A DNA stretch of 64,000 nt from Flavobacterium sp. (GTDB lineage Bacteria > Bacteroidota > Bacteroidia > Flavobacteriales > Flavobacteriaceae). The DNA lies in the NCBI RefSeq assembly GCF_036759525.1, contig NZ_DAIOUN010000008.1, forward strand, positions 10,207 through 74,206, written 5' to 3'. Shown in pieces: positions 37,276 through 48,312 of this stretch. The notes under the pieces were generated by a model. The model saw only the letters and a list, made by a program, of their open reading frames with translations, did not search any database and was not told where the DNA came from. Within the stretch, counting starts at the first letter, position 1, and each line of letters starts with the position of its first letter. Both the position numbers and the translations under genes were made by a program.

Positions 37276-40200
37276 ATGATAACAAATCAGACTGAAAGAT
37301 TGAATTTTGCCTCAACCAAGAATATACCCCAATATCCAGACTTTTTGGATATTCAGGTAAAGTCTTTTAAAGATTTCTTCCAACTAGAAACGAAATCAGA
37401 CGAAAGAGGCAACGAAGGTCTATATAACACCTTCATGGAAAATTTTCCAATCACCGATACAAGAAACAACTTTGTACTCGAATTTTTAGACTATTTCGTA
37501 GATCCGCCAAGATACTCTATACAAGAATGTATAGAAAGAGGTTTAACTTACAGTGTGCCTCTTAAAGCGAGATTGAAATTGTATTGTACCGATCCGGAAC
37601 ACGAAGATTTTGAAACTATTGTACAAGATGTTTATTTAGGAACAATTCCCTACATGACTCCAAGTGGTACATTTGTAATCAATGGAGCAGAGCGAGTGGT
37701 CGTTTCTCAATTGCATCGTTCTCCGGGAGTTTTCTTTGGCCAATCTTTCCATGCCAATGGAACTAAACTATATTCTGCCCGTGTTATTCCTTTTAAAGGT
37801 TCATGGATAGAATTTGCTACCGATATCAATAACGTAATGTATGCGTACATTGATAGAAAGAAAAAATTACCTGTAACTACTTTATTCCGTGCAATCGGTT
37901 TCGAAAGAGATAAAGACATTCTTGAAATCTTTGACCTGGCCGAAGAAATTAAAGTTTCTAAAACAGGACTAAAAAAATACATCGGACGTAAATTAGCAGC
38001 TCGTGTTTTGAATACATGGCATGAAGATTTCGTAGATGAAGATACAGGTGAAGTAGTTTCTATTGAAAGAAACGAAATCATCTTGGATCGTGATACCATT
38101 ATCGATAAAGATAACGTGGAAGAAATCATAGATTCCAATGTAAAATCTATTTTGTTACATAAAGAGGATAACAACCAAGCAGATTATGCTATTATCCACA
38201 ATACGTTACAAAAAGATCCAACCAACTCAGAGAAAGAAGCCGTTGAGCACATCTATCGTCAGTTGCGTAATGCTGAACCGCCTGATGAGGAAACCGCTCG
38301 TGGTATTATAGATAAATTGTTCTTCTCAGATCAACGTTACAACTTAGGTGAGGTAGGTCGTTACAGAATGAACAAAAAATTAGGTTTGGATATCCCAATG
38401 GAAAAACAAGTGTTAACCAAAGAGGATATCATCACAATCGTGAAATATTTGATCGAATTAATCAACTCTAAAGCAGAGATTGATGATATTGATCACTTAT
38501 CAAACCGTCGTGTTAGAACCGTTGGTGAACAACTTTCTGCACAATTTGGTGTAGGTTTGGCTCGTATGGCCCGAACCATCCGCGAAAGAATGAACGTTAG
38601 AGATAACGAGGTATTTACACCTATCGATTTGATTAATGCTAAAACATTATCATCGGTTATCAATTCTTTCTTTGGTACCAACCAGTTATCTCAATTTATG
38701 GATCAAACCAATCCTTTGGCTGAGATTACACATAAAAGAAGATTGTCTGCCCTAGGACCAGGTGGTCTTTCAAGAGAAAGAGCCGGGTTTGAGGTACGTG
38801 ACGTTCACTACACACATTACGGTCGTTTATGTCCGATTGAAACTCCTGAGGGTCCAAACATTGGTTTGATCTCCTCTTTAGGGGTATATGCCAAGGTTAA
38901 CGGTATGGGATTCATTGAAACACCTTATCGTAAAGTAACCAATGGAGTTGTAGATTTGACATCAGAACCTATCTATTTAAGTGCAGAAGAAGAAGAAGGG
39001 AAAATGATTGCTCAGGCAAACATTGAAATGGACAATAGCGGAAAAATTACTGCCGATAAAGTAATTGCCCGTGAAGAAGGTGACTTCCCGGTAGTAGAAC
39101 CCAATGTGGTTCATTATACCGATGTTGCTCCAAATCAGATTGCTTCGATTTCTGCTTCATTAATTCCATTCTTAGAGCATGATGATGCGAACCGTGCTTT
39201 GATGGGATCAAACATGATGCGTCAGGCCGTACCTCTTTTACGTCCTGAATCACCAATTGTTGGAACCGGTCTTGAAAGACAAGTTGCCTCTGATTCCAGA
39301 GTATTAATTAATGCAGAAGGAAATGGAGTAGTAGAGTATGTTGATTCTGAGAAAATCACCATCAAGTATGATCGTACAGATGCAGAAAGAATGGTGAGTT
39401 TTGATCCTGATGACAAAACCTACCAATTGATTAAATTCCAAAAAACAAATCAAAGTACTTGTATTAACCTTAAACCTATTGTAAGAAAAGGGGATAGAGT
39501 TACAAAAGGCCAAGTGCTTTGTGAAGGATATGCAACACAAAACGGTGAATTAGCAATCGGTAGAAACCTTAAAGTAGCATTCATGCCATGGAAAGGTTAC
39601 AACTTCGAGGATGCGATTGTGATATCTGAAAAGGTAGTTCGTGATGATATTTTCACTTCAATTCATATTGATGATTATTCATTAGAAGTTCGTGATACCA
39701 AGTTAGGAAATGAAGAATTGACGAATGATATTCCAAACGTTTCTGAAGAAGCTACCAAAGATTTGGATGAAAACGGTATGATTAGAATTGGAGCCGAAGT
39801 AAAACCCGGCGATATTCTTATCGGAAAGATTACTCCAAAAGGAGAATCCGATCCAACTCCGGAGGAAAAATTATTACGTGCGATTTTTGGAGACAAAGCC
39901 GGTGATGTAAAAGATGCTTCTTTAAAAGCTTCTCCATCATTACATGGTGTAGTATTAGATAAAAAATTGTTTGCAAGAGCTGTAAAAGATAAGCGTAAAC
40001 GAACAAAAGATAAAGATGATTTGGCTTCATTAGAAATGGAATTTGAAGTGAAGTTCAATGAGTTGAAAGATAAATTAGTTGATAAATTATTCAACATCGT
40101 AAACGGCAAAACGTCACAAGGTGTTATGAATGACTTAGGGGAAGAAGTTTTACCAAAAGGTAAAAAGTATACCCTTAAAATGCTTAATGCCGTTGAAGAC

Positions 40201-41088
40201 TTTGCTCATTTAACCAAAGGACAATGGGTTGCAGATGACGAAACTAATGTATTGGTTAACGATTTGATTCACAATTATAAAATCAAATTAAACGATTTAC
40301 AAGGAGCTCTTCGAAGAGAGAAATTTACAATCACTGTTGGAGATGAATTACCAGCCGGTATCTTAAAATTAGCTAAAGTTTACATCGCTAAGAAACGTAA
40401 ATTGAAAGTGGGTGATAAGATGGCAGGACGTCACGGAAATAAGGGTATTGTGGCTCGTATCGTAAGAGATGAGGATATGCCTTTCTTAGAAGACGGAACG
40501 CCTGTGGATATTGTATTGAATCCTCTTGGGGTACCTTCTCGTATGAATATCGGTCAGATTTATGAAACCGTATTAGGATGGGCAGGTATGAACTTGGGTC
40601 AAAAATATGCCACTCCAATTTTTGACGGAGCTTCGATTGATCAAATTAATGAATTAACTGATAAAGCTGGAATTCCAAGATTTGGTCACACCTACTTGTA
40701 TGATGGAGGTACCGGAGAACGTTTCCACCAACCTGCAACTGTTGGAGTAATCTACATGTTGAAATTAGGTCACATGATTGACGATAAAATGCACGCACGT
40801 TCTATCGGTCCGTATTCACTTATTACACAACAACCATTGGGTGGTAAAGCACAATTTGGTGGTCAGCGTTTTGGTGAAATGGAGGTTTGGGCTCTTGAGG
40901 CATACGGTGCTTCAAGTACTTTAAGAGAAATTTTGACGGTTAAATCGGATGATGTAATTGGAAGAGCCAAAACTTACGAAGCTATCGTAAAAGGTGAACC
41001 AATGCCAGAACCAGGGTTGCCGGAATCTTTCAACGTATTGATGCACGAATTGAAAGGTCTAGGTCTCGATATCCGATTAGAAGAATAA
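37276..41088 (+). CDS. rpoB: DNA-directed RNA polymerase subunit beta
   Basis: About 1270 aa, with conserved blocks such as ...[39 protein letters not shown]... I preferred the ATG at 37276; the TTG at 37273 is the track start. Confidence 0.98.
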   Translation: MITNQTERLNFASTKNIPQYPDFLDIQVKSFKDFFQLETKSDERGNEGLYNTFMENFPITDTRNNFVLEFLDYFVDPPRYSIQECIERGLTYSVPLKARLKLYCTDPEHEDFETIVQDVYLGTIPYMTPSGTFVINGAERVVVSQLHRSPGVFFGQSFHANGTKLYSARVIPFKGSWIEFATDINNVMYAYIDRKKKLPVTTLFRAIGFERDKDILEIFDLAEEIKVSKTGLKKYIGRKLAARVLNTWHEDFVDEDTGEVVSIERNEIILDRDTIIDKDNVEEIIDSNVKSILLHKEDNNQADYAIIHNTLQKDPTNSEKEAVEHIYRQLRNAEPPDEETARGIIDKLFFSDQRYNLGEVGRYRMNKKLGLDIPMEKQVLTKEDIITIVKYLIELINSKAEIDDIDHLSNRRVRTVGEQLSAQFGVGLARMARTIRERMNVRDNEVFTPIDLINAKTLSSVINSFFGTNQLSQFMDQTNPLAEITHKRRLSALGPGGLSRERAGFEVRDVHYTHYGRLCPIETPEGPNIGLISSLGVYAKVNGMGFIETPYRKVTNGVVDLTSEPIYLSAEEEEGKMIAQANIEMDNSGKITADKVIAREEGDFPVVEPNVVHYTDVAPNQIASISASLIPFLEHDDANRALMGSNMMRQAVPLLRPESPIVGTGLERQVASDSRVLINAEGNGVVEYVDSEKITIKYDRTDAERMVSFDPDDKTYQLIKFQKTNQSTCINLKPIVRKGDRVTKGQVLCEGYATQNGELAIGRNLKVAFMPWKGYNFEDAIVISEKVVRDDIFTSIHIDDYSLEVRDTKLGNEELTNDIPNVSEEATKDLDENGMIRIGAEVKPGDILIGKITPKGESDPTPEEKLLRAIFGDKAGDVKDASLKASPSLHGVVLDKKLFARAVKDKRKRTKDKDDLASLEMEFEVKFNELKDKLVDKLFNIVNGKTSQGVMNDLGEEVLPKGKKYTLKMLNAVEDFAHLTKGQWVADDETNVLVNDLIHNYKIKLNDLQGALRREKFTITVGDELPAGILKLAKVYIAKKRKLKVGDKMAGRHGNKGIVARIVRDEDMPFLEDGTPVDIVLNPLGVPSRMNIGQIYETVLGWAGMNLGQKYATPIFDGASIDQINELTDKAGIPRFGHTYLYDGGTGERFHQPATVGVIYMLKLGHMIDDKMHARSIGPYSLITQQPLGGKAQFGGQRFGEMEVWALEAYGASSTLREILTVKSDDVIGRAKTYEAIVKGEPMPEPGLPESFNVLMHELKGLGLDIRLEE

Positions 41089-41095
41089 TAGTGTT

Positions 41096-41148
41096 GTTTC
41101 AAGTTTCAGGTCTCAATTTTTTGAAACCTGAAACTTAAAACTTGAAAC
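41096..41148 (+). promoter_or_regulatory. Bipartite hairpin in the rpoB-rpoC intercistronic spacer
   Basis: The outer stem is GTTTCAAG (41096-41103) / CTTGAAAC (41141-41148). The inner stem is TTTCAGGT (41104-41111) / ACCTGAAA (41126-41133). There is a 7-nt bulge on the 3' side and no trailing U-tract. Confidence 0.5.
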
Positions 41149-41174
41149 AAAATGAACAAAATTTATTGACTATC

Positions 41175-44100
41175 ATGAATAATAGAAATAAAGATAAAAA
41201 TACCGTAAAAAGGTTTAACAAAATTTCAATCGGATTGGCTTCACCAGAATCTATGTTGGCCGAGTCAAGAGGAGAAGTTTTAAAACCCGAAACCATTAAT
41301 TACAGAACTCACAAACCCGAACGTGATGGTTTATTTTGTGAGCGAATTTTTGGTCCCGTAAAAGATTATGAATGTGCTTGTGGCAAATACAAAAGAATTC
41401 GCTACAAAGGAATTGTGTGTGACCGTTGTGGGGTTGAAGTAACCGAAAAGAAAGTTCGTCGCGACAGAGTAGGGCACATCAATTTGGTAGTTCCAATTGC
41501 TCATATTTGGTACTTCCGTTCTTTGCCAAACAAAATTGGTTATATTTTAGGATTACCTTCTAAGAAATTAGATATGATTATTTACTACGAAAGATACGTA
41601 GTAATTCAAGCCGGTATTGCCAAGAATGTTGACGGAGAACCGTTAGAAAAATTAGATTTCTTAACTGAAGAAGAGTATTTAAATATTCTAGATACCCTTC
41701 CAATGGAAAACCAATATTTAGATGATAACGATCCAAATAAATTCATTGCCAAAATGGGTGCTGAATGTATTATGGATTTATTAGCCAGAACAAATTTAGA
41801 TGAATTATCATTCGAATTACGTCATGCAGCTAATAACGAAACATCTAAACAAAGAAAAACAGAAGCTTTAAAACGTCTTCAAGTAGTTGAGTCGTTCCGT
41901 GAAGCTAATGAGAACAGAGAAAATCGTCCGGAATGGATGATTTTGAAAGTAATTCCGGTTATTCCACCAGAATTACGTCCTTTGGTTCCTCTTGATGGTG
42001 GACGTTTTGCAACTTCAGATTTGAATGATTTATACCGTCGTGTAATCATCCGAAACAACCGTTTGAAAAGATTAATGGAGATTAAAGCTCCTGAAGTAAT
42101 CTTACGAAACGAAAAACGTATGTTGCAAGAGGCTGTTGATTCATTGTTTGACAACACGCGTAAAGCTTCTGCTGTAAAAACAGAATCAAACCGTCCGTTG
42201 AAATCACTTTCGGATTCCTTAAAAGGAAAACAAGGTCGTTTCCGTCAAAACTTATTAGGAAAACGTGTAGACTATTCTGCTCGTTCGGTAATTGTTGTAG
42301 GACCGGAATTGAAGTTGTATGAATGTGGTTTACCTAAAGATATGGCTGCCGAATTGTACAAACCATTCGTTATTCGTAAGTTAATCGAAAGAGGAATTGT
42401 TAAAACAGTTAAGTCGGCCAAGAAAATAATTGACAAAAAAGAGCCTGTAGTATGGGATATCCTTGAAAATGTAATCAAAGGTCACCCAGTATTACTTAAC
42501 CGTGCTCCTACGTTACACCGTTTAGGTATTCAAGCATTCCAACCTAAATTAATTGAAGGAAAAGCGATTCAGTTACACCCATTGACATGTACGGCGTTTA
42601 ATGCCGATTTCGATGGTGACCAGATGGCGGTTCACTTACCATTAGGACCAGAAGCTATTTTAGAAGCACAATTATTAATGTTAGCTTCTCACAATATCTT
42701 AAACCCTGCAAATGGTGCGCCTATCACAGTTCCTTCTCAGGACATGGTTCTTGGTCTTTACTACATGACTAAAGAGCGTTTATCAACTCCTGAGCACAAA
42801 ATTTTAGGTGAAGGATTAACTTTCTATTCTGCTGAAGAGGTAAACATCGCTTTAAATGAAGGAAAATTAGAGTTGAATGCTAGAGTTAAAATTAGAGCAA
42901 AAGACTTTAATGAAAACGGTGAATTAGTTTATAAAATTATTCAAACAACTGCTGGTAGAGTATTATTTAACGAAGTAGTACCTGAAGCAGCTGGATATAT
43001 CAATGAGGTATTAACTAAGAAATCATTACGTGATATTATTGGTAAAATCTTAGCGGTAACTGACGTTCCTACAACTGCTGCTTTCTTGGATAACATGAAA
43101 GATATGGGGTATAAGTTCGCATTCCGTGGAGGTCTATCATTCTCATTAGGTGATATTAGAATTCCGGAACAAAAAGAGAAATTAATCGCTGATGCTCGTG
43201 AGCAAGTAGAAGCAATTTCGATGAACTATAGCATGGGTCTTATTACTAATAACGAGCGTTATAACCAAGTTATTGATATCTGGACTTCAGCTAATGCGCA
43301 ATTAACAGAGTTAGCAATGAAAAATATCCGTGAAGACCAACAAGGTTTCAACTCGGTATATATGATGCTTGATTCTGGAGCAAGGGGTTCTAAAGAACAG
43401 ATTCGTCAGTTAACCGGTATGCGTGGTTTGATGGCTAAGCCCAAAAAATCAACTGCCGGAGGTGGTGAAATTATTGAAAACCCTATTCTTTCTAACTTTA
43501 AGGAAGGTCTTTCGATCCTTGAGTACTTTATTTCTACTCACGGTGCTCGTAAAGGTCTTGCCGATACCGCTCTTAAAACGGCCGATGCAGGGTACTTGAC
43601 TCGTAGATTACATGACGTATCTCAAGATGTTATTGTTAACTCTGTTGATTGTGGTACGTTACGTGGTATAGAAGTAACAGCTTTAAAGAAAAATGAAGAA
43701 GTTGTAGAAACACTAGGCGAAAGAATATTAGGGCGTGTAGCGTTGCAAGATGTTATCAACCCGCTAAACCTTGAAGTTTTGGTTCACGGTGGTGAAGAAA
43801 TCACGGAGTCTATCATGAAAGCTATAGAAGCTTCTCCGGTAGAAAAAGTAGAAGTGCGTTCTCCATTAACTTGTGAAGCTGAGAAAGGTATTTGTGCCAA
43901 ATGTTACGGTAGAAATTTAGCTACCGGTCAAATGACTCAAAAAGGAGAAGCTGTAGGTGTAATTGCAGCACAATCTATTGGTGAACCCGGTACTCAGCTT
44001 ACACTTCGTACGTTCCACGTTGGAGGGGTAGCAGGAGGTATGTCGGAAGAATCTAGTATTGTAACACGTTTCAAAGGAAGACTAGAAATAGACGATTTGA

Positions 44101-45476
44101 AAACCGTTAAAGGTGAAGATGCCGAAGGAAATTCAATCGATATTGTTATTTCACGTTCAACTGAATTGAAATTGGTAGACGAAAATACAGGTATTGTATT
44201 AAATACTCACAATATCCCTTATGGGTCTACTATTTTCGTTAAAGACGGACAATCTGTAGATAAAGGAACTACTATCTGTAAATGGGATCCTTATAACGGG
44301 GTTATTATTTCTGAATTTACTGGTAAAATTGCTTATGAAGATTTAGAACAAGGTCAATCTTTCCAAGTTGAAATTGATGAGCAAACCGGCTTCCAAGAGA
44401 AAGTAATTTCGGAAGGAAGAAACAAAAAATTAATTCCAACTTTATTGATTTACGGTAAAGACGGAGAGTTAATTAGAAGTTATAACTTACCGGTAGGGGC
44501 TCACTTAATGGTAGACGATGGCGAGAAAATTAAAGCAGGTAAAATTTTAGTTAAAATTCCACGTCGTTCATCAAAAGCAGGAGATATTACCGGAGGTTTA
44601 CCAAGAATTACAGAGCTTTTAGAAGCACGTAATCCTTCAAATCCTGCTGTAGTATCCGAAATTGATGGTGTGGTTTCTTTTGGAAAAATAAAGCGTGGTA
44701 ACAGAGAAATTATTATCGAATCTAAGTTTGGTGAAGTTAAAAAGTATTTAGTAAAACTTTCCAACCAAATTCTGGTTCAAGAGAATGACTTCGTTAAAGC
44801 GGGAATGTCACTTTCTGATGGGGCAATTACTCCAGAAGATATTCTTAGAATTCAAGGTCCATCTGCTGTTCAACAGTATTTGGTAAATGAAATTCAAGAG
44901 GTTTACCGTTTACAAGGGGTAAAAATTAATGACAAACACTTTGAAGTTGTGATTCGTCAAATGATGCGTAAAGTACGTGTTGAAGATCCGGGAGATACTC
45001 TTTTCCTTGAAGAGCAATTGGTTCATACAAAAGATTTTATCATCGAAAACGATAAGCTTTTCGGTATGAAAGTAGTTGAAGATGCCGGTGATTCTGAACA
45101 TTTAAAACCGGGTCAGATGGTTACACCAAGACAGTTGAGAGATGAAAACTCATTGTTAAAACGTGAAGATAAACAATTGGTAGTTGCCAGAGATGTAATT
45201 ACAGCAACAGCAACACCAGTGCTTCAAGGTATAACAAGAGCTTCGTTACAAACGAAATCTTTCATATCTGCAGCTTCTTTCCAAGAAACAACTAAAGTAT
45301 TAAACGAAGCAGCAGTAGCTGGTAAAGTAGATTCTTTAGAAGGTTTGAAAGAAAATGTAATCGTGGGTCACAGAATACCTGCCGGTACCGGTATGAGAGA
45401 ATATGACAATATCATTGTGGGTTCGAAAGAAGATTACAATGAGTTAATGGCTGCAAAAGAAGAATACAATTATTAA
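41175..45476 (+). CDS. rpoC: DNA-directed RNA polymerase subunit beta'
   Basis: The active-site motif [12 protein letters not shown] and the Zn-finger cysteines [20 protein letters not shown] are present. I preferred the ATG at 41175 (MNNRNKDK...) to the track's TTG at 41142, which lies inside the hairpin. Confidence 0.97.
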   Translation: MNNRNKDKNTVKRFNKISIGLASPESMLAESRGEVLKPETINYRTHKPERDGLFCERIFGPVKDYECACGKYKRIRYKGIVCDRCGVEVTEKKVRRDRVGHINLVVPIAHIWYFRSLPNKIGYILGLPSKKLDMIIYYERYVVIQAGIAKNVDGEPLEKLDFLTEEEYLNILDTLPMENQYLDDNDPNKFIAKMGAECIMDLLARTNLDELSFELRHAANNETSKQRKTEALKRLQVVESFREANENRENRPEWMILKVIPVIPPELRPLVPLDGGRFATSDLNDLYRRVIIRNNRLKRLMEIKAPEVILRNEKRMLQEAVDSLFDNTRKASAVKTESNRPLKSLSDSLKGKQGRFRQNLLGKRVDYSARSVIVVGPELKLYECGLPKDMAAELYKPFVIRKLIERGIVKTVKSAKKIIDKKEPVVWDILENVIKGHPVLLNRAPTLHRLGIQAFQPKLIEGKAIQLHPLTCTAFNADFDGDQMAVHLPLGPEAILEAQLLMLASHNILNPANGAPITVPSQDMVLGLYYMTKERLSTPEHKILGEGLTFYSAEEVNIALNEGKLELNARVKIRAKDFNENGELVYKIIQTTAGRVLFNEVVPEAAGYINEVLTKKSLRDIIGKILAVTDVPTTAAFLDNMKDMGYKFAFRGGLSFSLGDIRIPEQKEKLIADAREQVEAISMNYSMGLITNNERYNQVIDIWTSANAQLTELAMKNIREDQQGFNSVYMMLDSGARGSKEQIRQLTGMRGLMAKPKKSTAGGGEIIENPILSNFKEGLSILEYFISTHGARKGLADTALKTADAGYLTRRLHDVSQDVIVNSVDCGTLRGIEVTALKKNEEVVETLGERILGRVALQDVINPLNLEVLVHGGEEITESIMKAIEASPVEKVEVRSPLTCEAEKGICAKCYGRNLATGQMTQKGEAVGVIAAQSIGEPGTQLTLRTFHVGGVAGGMSEESSIVTRFKGRLEIDDLKTVKGEDAEGNSIDIVISRSTELKLVDENTGIVLNTHNIPYGSTIFVKDGQSVDKGTTICKWDPYNGVIISEFTGKIAYEDLEQGQSFQVEIDEQTGFQEKVISEGRNKKLIPTLLIYGKDGELIRSYNLPVGAHLMVDDGEKIKAGKILVKIPRRSSKAGDITGGLPRITELLEARNPSNPAVVSEIDGVVSFGKIKRGNREIIIESKFGEVKKYLVKLSNQILVQENDFVKAGMSLSDGAITPEDILRIQGPSAVQQYLVNEIQEVYRLQGVKINDKHFEVVIRQMMRKVRVEDPGDTLFLEEQLVHTKDFIIENDKLFGMKVVEDAGDSEHLKPGQMVTPRQLRDENSLLKREDKQLVVARDVITATATPVLQGITRASLQTKSFISAASFQETTKVLNEAAVAGKVDSLEGLKENVIVGHRIPAGTGMREYDNIIVGSKEDYNELMAAKEEYNY

Positions 45477-45481
45477 TCATT

Positions 45482-45790
45482 ATGAGCGATAACCAATCAC
45501 AAGGGCAAATAAACATTGAGTTAGATGAAACTATAGCAGATGGAATTTATTCCAATTTAGCTATAATCAATCATTCGGCTTCAGAGTTTGTTTTGGATTA
45601 TGTTACTTTAATGCCGGGCGTTCCCAAAGCGAAAGTTAAATCCAGAATTATTTTAACTCCACAGCATGCCAAAAGATTATTAAAGGCATTAGGAGAAAAT
45701 ATTCATCGCTTTGAAATGGCTCATGGTGAAATTAAAGACTCAGATCAGCCACAGATTCCTCTAAATTTTGGTCCAACGGGTCAAGCTTAA
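45482..45790 (+). CDS. DUF3467-family small protein, co-transcribed with rpoBC
   Basis: A 102 aa protein that starts 5 nt after the rpoC stop and is followed by a strong terminator. I recall ...GIYSNLAIINHSASEFVLDYV...ILTPQHAKRLLKAL... as the DUF3467 pattern. Confidence 0.75.
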   Translation: MSDNQSQGQINIELDETIADGIYSNLAIINHSASEFVLDYVTLMPGVPKAKVKSRIILTPQHAKRLLKALGENIHRFEMAHGEIKDSDQPQIPLNFGPTGQA

Positions 45791-45803
45791 ATTAAATAAA
45801 TAC

Positions 45804-45834
45804 AAGACTCCTCAAATTGAGGAGTCTTTTTTTT
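45804..45834 (+). terminator. Intrinsic terminator ending the rpoBC-DUF3467 transcription unit
   Basis: AAGACTCCTC / GAGGAGTCTT forms a 10-bp stem and is followed by T8. Confidence 0.8.
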
Positions 45835-45906
45835 ATTGACTAATTTTCTTACCCTCAACTTAATTTTAAATTAGTATTTTTACCCCATATAATTAATACA
45901 TGGTAG

Positions 45907-46509
45907 ATGTATAGAAATATTATCAAAAGAATTTTTGATTTTCTTTTTTCTTTTTTGGGATTGATTTTTCTCACTCCTATCTTTATTATCTTAACTTTTT
46001 TATTATTCTTGTCTTATAAAGGCAACCCCTTTTTCCTTCAGAAAAGACCCGGCTTAAAGGGAAAAATATTTACCATAGTGAAATTTAAAACTATGAATGA
46101 TAAAAAGGATTTGAATGGCAAATTACTTCCCGATGCCGAACGTCTTACAACCATAGGTTCTTTTGTTAGAAAAACGTCTTTGGATGAGATTCCACAATTG
46201 TTCAATGTTCTTGTAGGTGATATGAGTTTAATTGGACCTAGACCTTTATTAACACATTATCTTCATTTGTATAATGATTTTCAAAACAGACGTCATGAAG
46301 TAAAGCCGGGTATTACGGGATGGGCACAAGTAAATGGGAGAAATGCTATTTCGTGGGATCAAAAATTTGAATACGATGTGTGGTATGTTGATCATATTTC
46401 TTTTACTTTAGATATGAAAATCCTTTTTAGAACGGTTTTAAAGGTTTTAAAAAAGGAAGGTATAAATGCTGCCGATGCAGCCACAATAGAACCTTTTAAT
46501 GGAAACTAA
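45907..46509 (+). CDS. Small monotopic phosphoglycosyl transferase (bacterial sugar transferase, PglC/WbaP-C-terminal type)
   Basis: One N-terminal membrane helix is present. The family signatures are ...PFFLQKRPGLKGKIFTIVKFKTM... and ...DEIPQLFNVLVGDMSLIGPRP... Confidence 0.85.
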   Translation: MYRNIIKRIFDFLFSFLGLIFLTPIFIILTFLLFLSYKGNPFFLQKRPGLKGKIFTIVKFKTMNDKKDLNGKLLPDAERLTTIGSFVRKTSLDEIPQLFNVLVGDMSLIGPRPLLTHYLHLYNDFQNRRHEVKPGITGWAQVNGRNAISWDQKFEYDVWYVDHISFTLDMKILFRTVLKVLKKEGINAADAATIEPFNGN

Positions 46510-47116
46510 GATTGTATTATACGGAGCAAGTGGTCACGGAAAAGTGATTGCAGATATCCTTAATTACCAAAAGGATATAGAATTAATTTTTATAGACGAT
46601 TCGCCTAAATTAGAAAATGTACTTCAATTTCCGGTTTTCAATAGAAATGCTCTAAATTTAGATACCCATAGTCAACTCATAATTTCCGTAGGTAATAATA
46701 GAGTTCGTAAAAATATTGTATCAAGACTTCAAGTTTCATACGCTAGAGCAATTCATCATTCTGCTGTGATATCTTCCTATTCCACTGTAGATGAAGGTAC
46801 TGTAGTTATGGCTGGGGTATTGGTAAATCCAAATGTTAAGGTAGGTAAGCATTGTATTTTAAATACAGGTTCTATAATTGAACATGATTGTTTGATTTCC
46901 GATTTTGTACACGTATCTCCAGGAGTCTCTCTTGCCGGAAATGTCAGTATCGGAGAAGGCACTCATGTAGGGATTGGTAGTACTATAATTCAAAATGTTA
47001 CCGTAGGTAAATGGGCAACCATTGGTGCCGGTGCTGTAGTTTTAAAAGATGTTCCGGATTATGCTGTGGTTGTAGGTAATCCCGGTAAAATAATAAAATT
47101 TAATTCAATTCAGTAA
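46499..47116 (+). CDS. Sugar N-acetyltransferase, NeuD/PglD-type left-handed beta-helix protein
   Basis: The N-terminal Rossmann-like segment is VLYGASGHGKVIADIL. The C-terminal hexapeptide repeats include ...IGEGTHVGIGSTIIQNVTVGKWATIGAGAVV... It overlaps the previous gene by 11 nt. Confidence 0.8.
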   Translation: METKIVLYGASGHGKVIADILNYQKDIELIFIDDSPKLENVLQFPVFNRNALNLDTHSQLIISVGNNRVRKNIVSRLQVSYARAIHHSAVISSYSTVDEGTVVMAGVLVNPNVKVGKHCILNTGSIIEHDCLISDFVHVSPGVSLAGNVSIGEGTHVGIGSTIIQNVTVGKWATIGAGAVVLKDVPDYAVVVGNPGKIIKFNSIQ

Positions 47117-48253
47117 ATGGAGTTTTCAAAAATTTGGTTGTCATCACCTCATATGGGAGGAACCGAACAAAATTATATAGCCGAAGCATTTCAAACCAAT
47201 TGGGTGGCACCTTTGGGACCCAATGTTACGGGTTTCGAATCGGATTTAGAACAGTATTTAGGTGCAGATAAATTTGTAGCAGCCTTAAGCTCGGGTACTG
47301 CTGCTATTCATTTGGGTCTTATTCTTTTGGGTGTAAAAGCCGGAGATGAAGTAATTTGTCAAAGTATGACTTTTTCTGCATCGGCTAATCCCATATTGTA
47401 CTTGGGAGCTACTCCGGTATTTGTTGATAGTGAAATTGATACATGGAATATGTGTCCTAATGCTTTAGAAGAAGCTATTAAAGATAGGTTGGCAAAGGGT
47501 ATTAAACCCAAAGCAATTGTAGCTGTACATCTTTATGGAATGCCTTTTCAAGTTGAAGCTTTACAAGCCCTATCTGAAAAATATGAAATTCCAATTCTTG
47601 AAGACAGTGCAGAAGCTTTAGGTAGTTCATTCAAAAATCAAAAGTGTGGTACTTTTGGAACGTTAAGTGTACTTTCTTTCAATGGAAATAAGATCATAAC
47701 CACATCCGGAGGAGGAGCATTAGTTGTCCCTCATAAAGAATTAAAAGAAAAAGCTGTTTTTCTGGCTACCCAAGCTCGAGATAATGCTCCGCATTACCAA
47801 CATAGCGAAATAGGTTACAATTATAGACTAAGTAATATTTGTGCCGGTATTGGAAGAGGTCAAATGGAAGTCTTAGACAGTCATGTCAAACAAAGAAGAG
47901 CCATGCATGAATTTTATGTTTGTTTGTTTGAAAAGCAGGATTATGTTAAGGTTTTTAATGAGCCAAATTCTGATTTTTATTCAAATCATTGGTTAAGCTG
48001 TATAGTTTTTGAATCCAACCCAAAACAACATAGCTCAACCCAATTACGTGAATTTTTAGATCGATTTTCAATTGAATCCAGACCCCTTTGGAAGCCTATG
48101 CATTTGCAACCCATCTTTGAAAAGTATCCTTATTTTGGGGGTAATGTTTCACAGAAATTGTTTGAAAATGGACTCTGTTTGCCTTCGGGTTCCAATTTAA
48201 CGGATGAGGATAGAGTTCGAATAAAAGAAAAAATAAATGATTTTTTATTTTAA
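47117..48253 (+). CDS. DegT/DnrJ/EryC1/StrS-family sugar aminotransferase (PglE-like)
   Basis: PLP-lysine context SFNGNKIITTSGGGALV. The N-terminus reads ...PHMGGTEQNYIAEAF... The ATG directly abuts the previous stop. Confidence 0.88.
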   Translation: MEFSKIWLSSPHMGGTEQNYIAEAFQTNWVAPLGPNVTGFESDLEQYLGADKFVAALSSGTAAIHLGLILLGVKAGDEVICQSMTFSASANPILYLGATPVFVDSEIDTWNMCPNALEEAIKDRLAKGIKPKAIVAVHLYGMPFQVEALQALSEKYEIPILEDSAEALGSSFKNQKCGTFGTLSVLSFNGNKIITTSGGGALVVPHKELKEKAVFLATQARDNAPHYQHSEIGYNYRLSNICAGIGRGQMEVLDSHVKQRRAMHEFYVCLFEKQDYVKVFNEPNSDFYSNHWLSCIVFESNPKQHSSTQLREFLDRFSIESRPLWKPMHLQPIFEKYPYFGGNVSQKLFENGLCLPSGSNLTDEDRVRIKEKINDFLF

Positions 48254-48312
48254 GATTTTTTTAAGATTTTATAATTAGTATATTTACTCGTTTATTTGAC
48301 TAACTCTAAATT

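Noticed and set aside
37707-40109. Long antisense ORFs inside rpoB (155 aa at 37707-38174 and 144 aa at 39675-40109, plus several of 60-80 aa), and similar ones in rpoC
   Set aside because: Strongly codon-biased, highly expressed genes often leave one antisense frame open. Their translations are low-complexity Ser/Leu/Ile-rich strings with no plausible start context.
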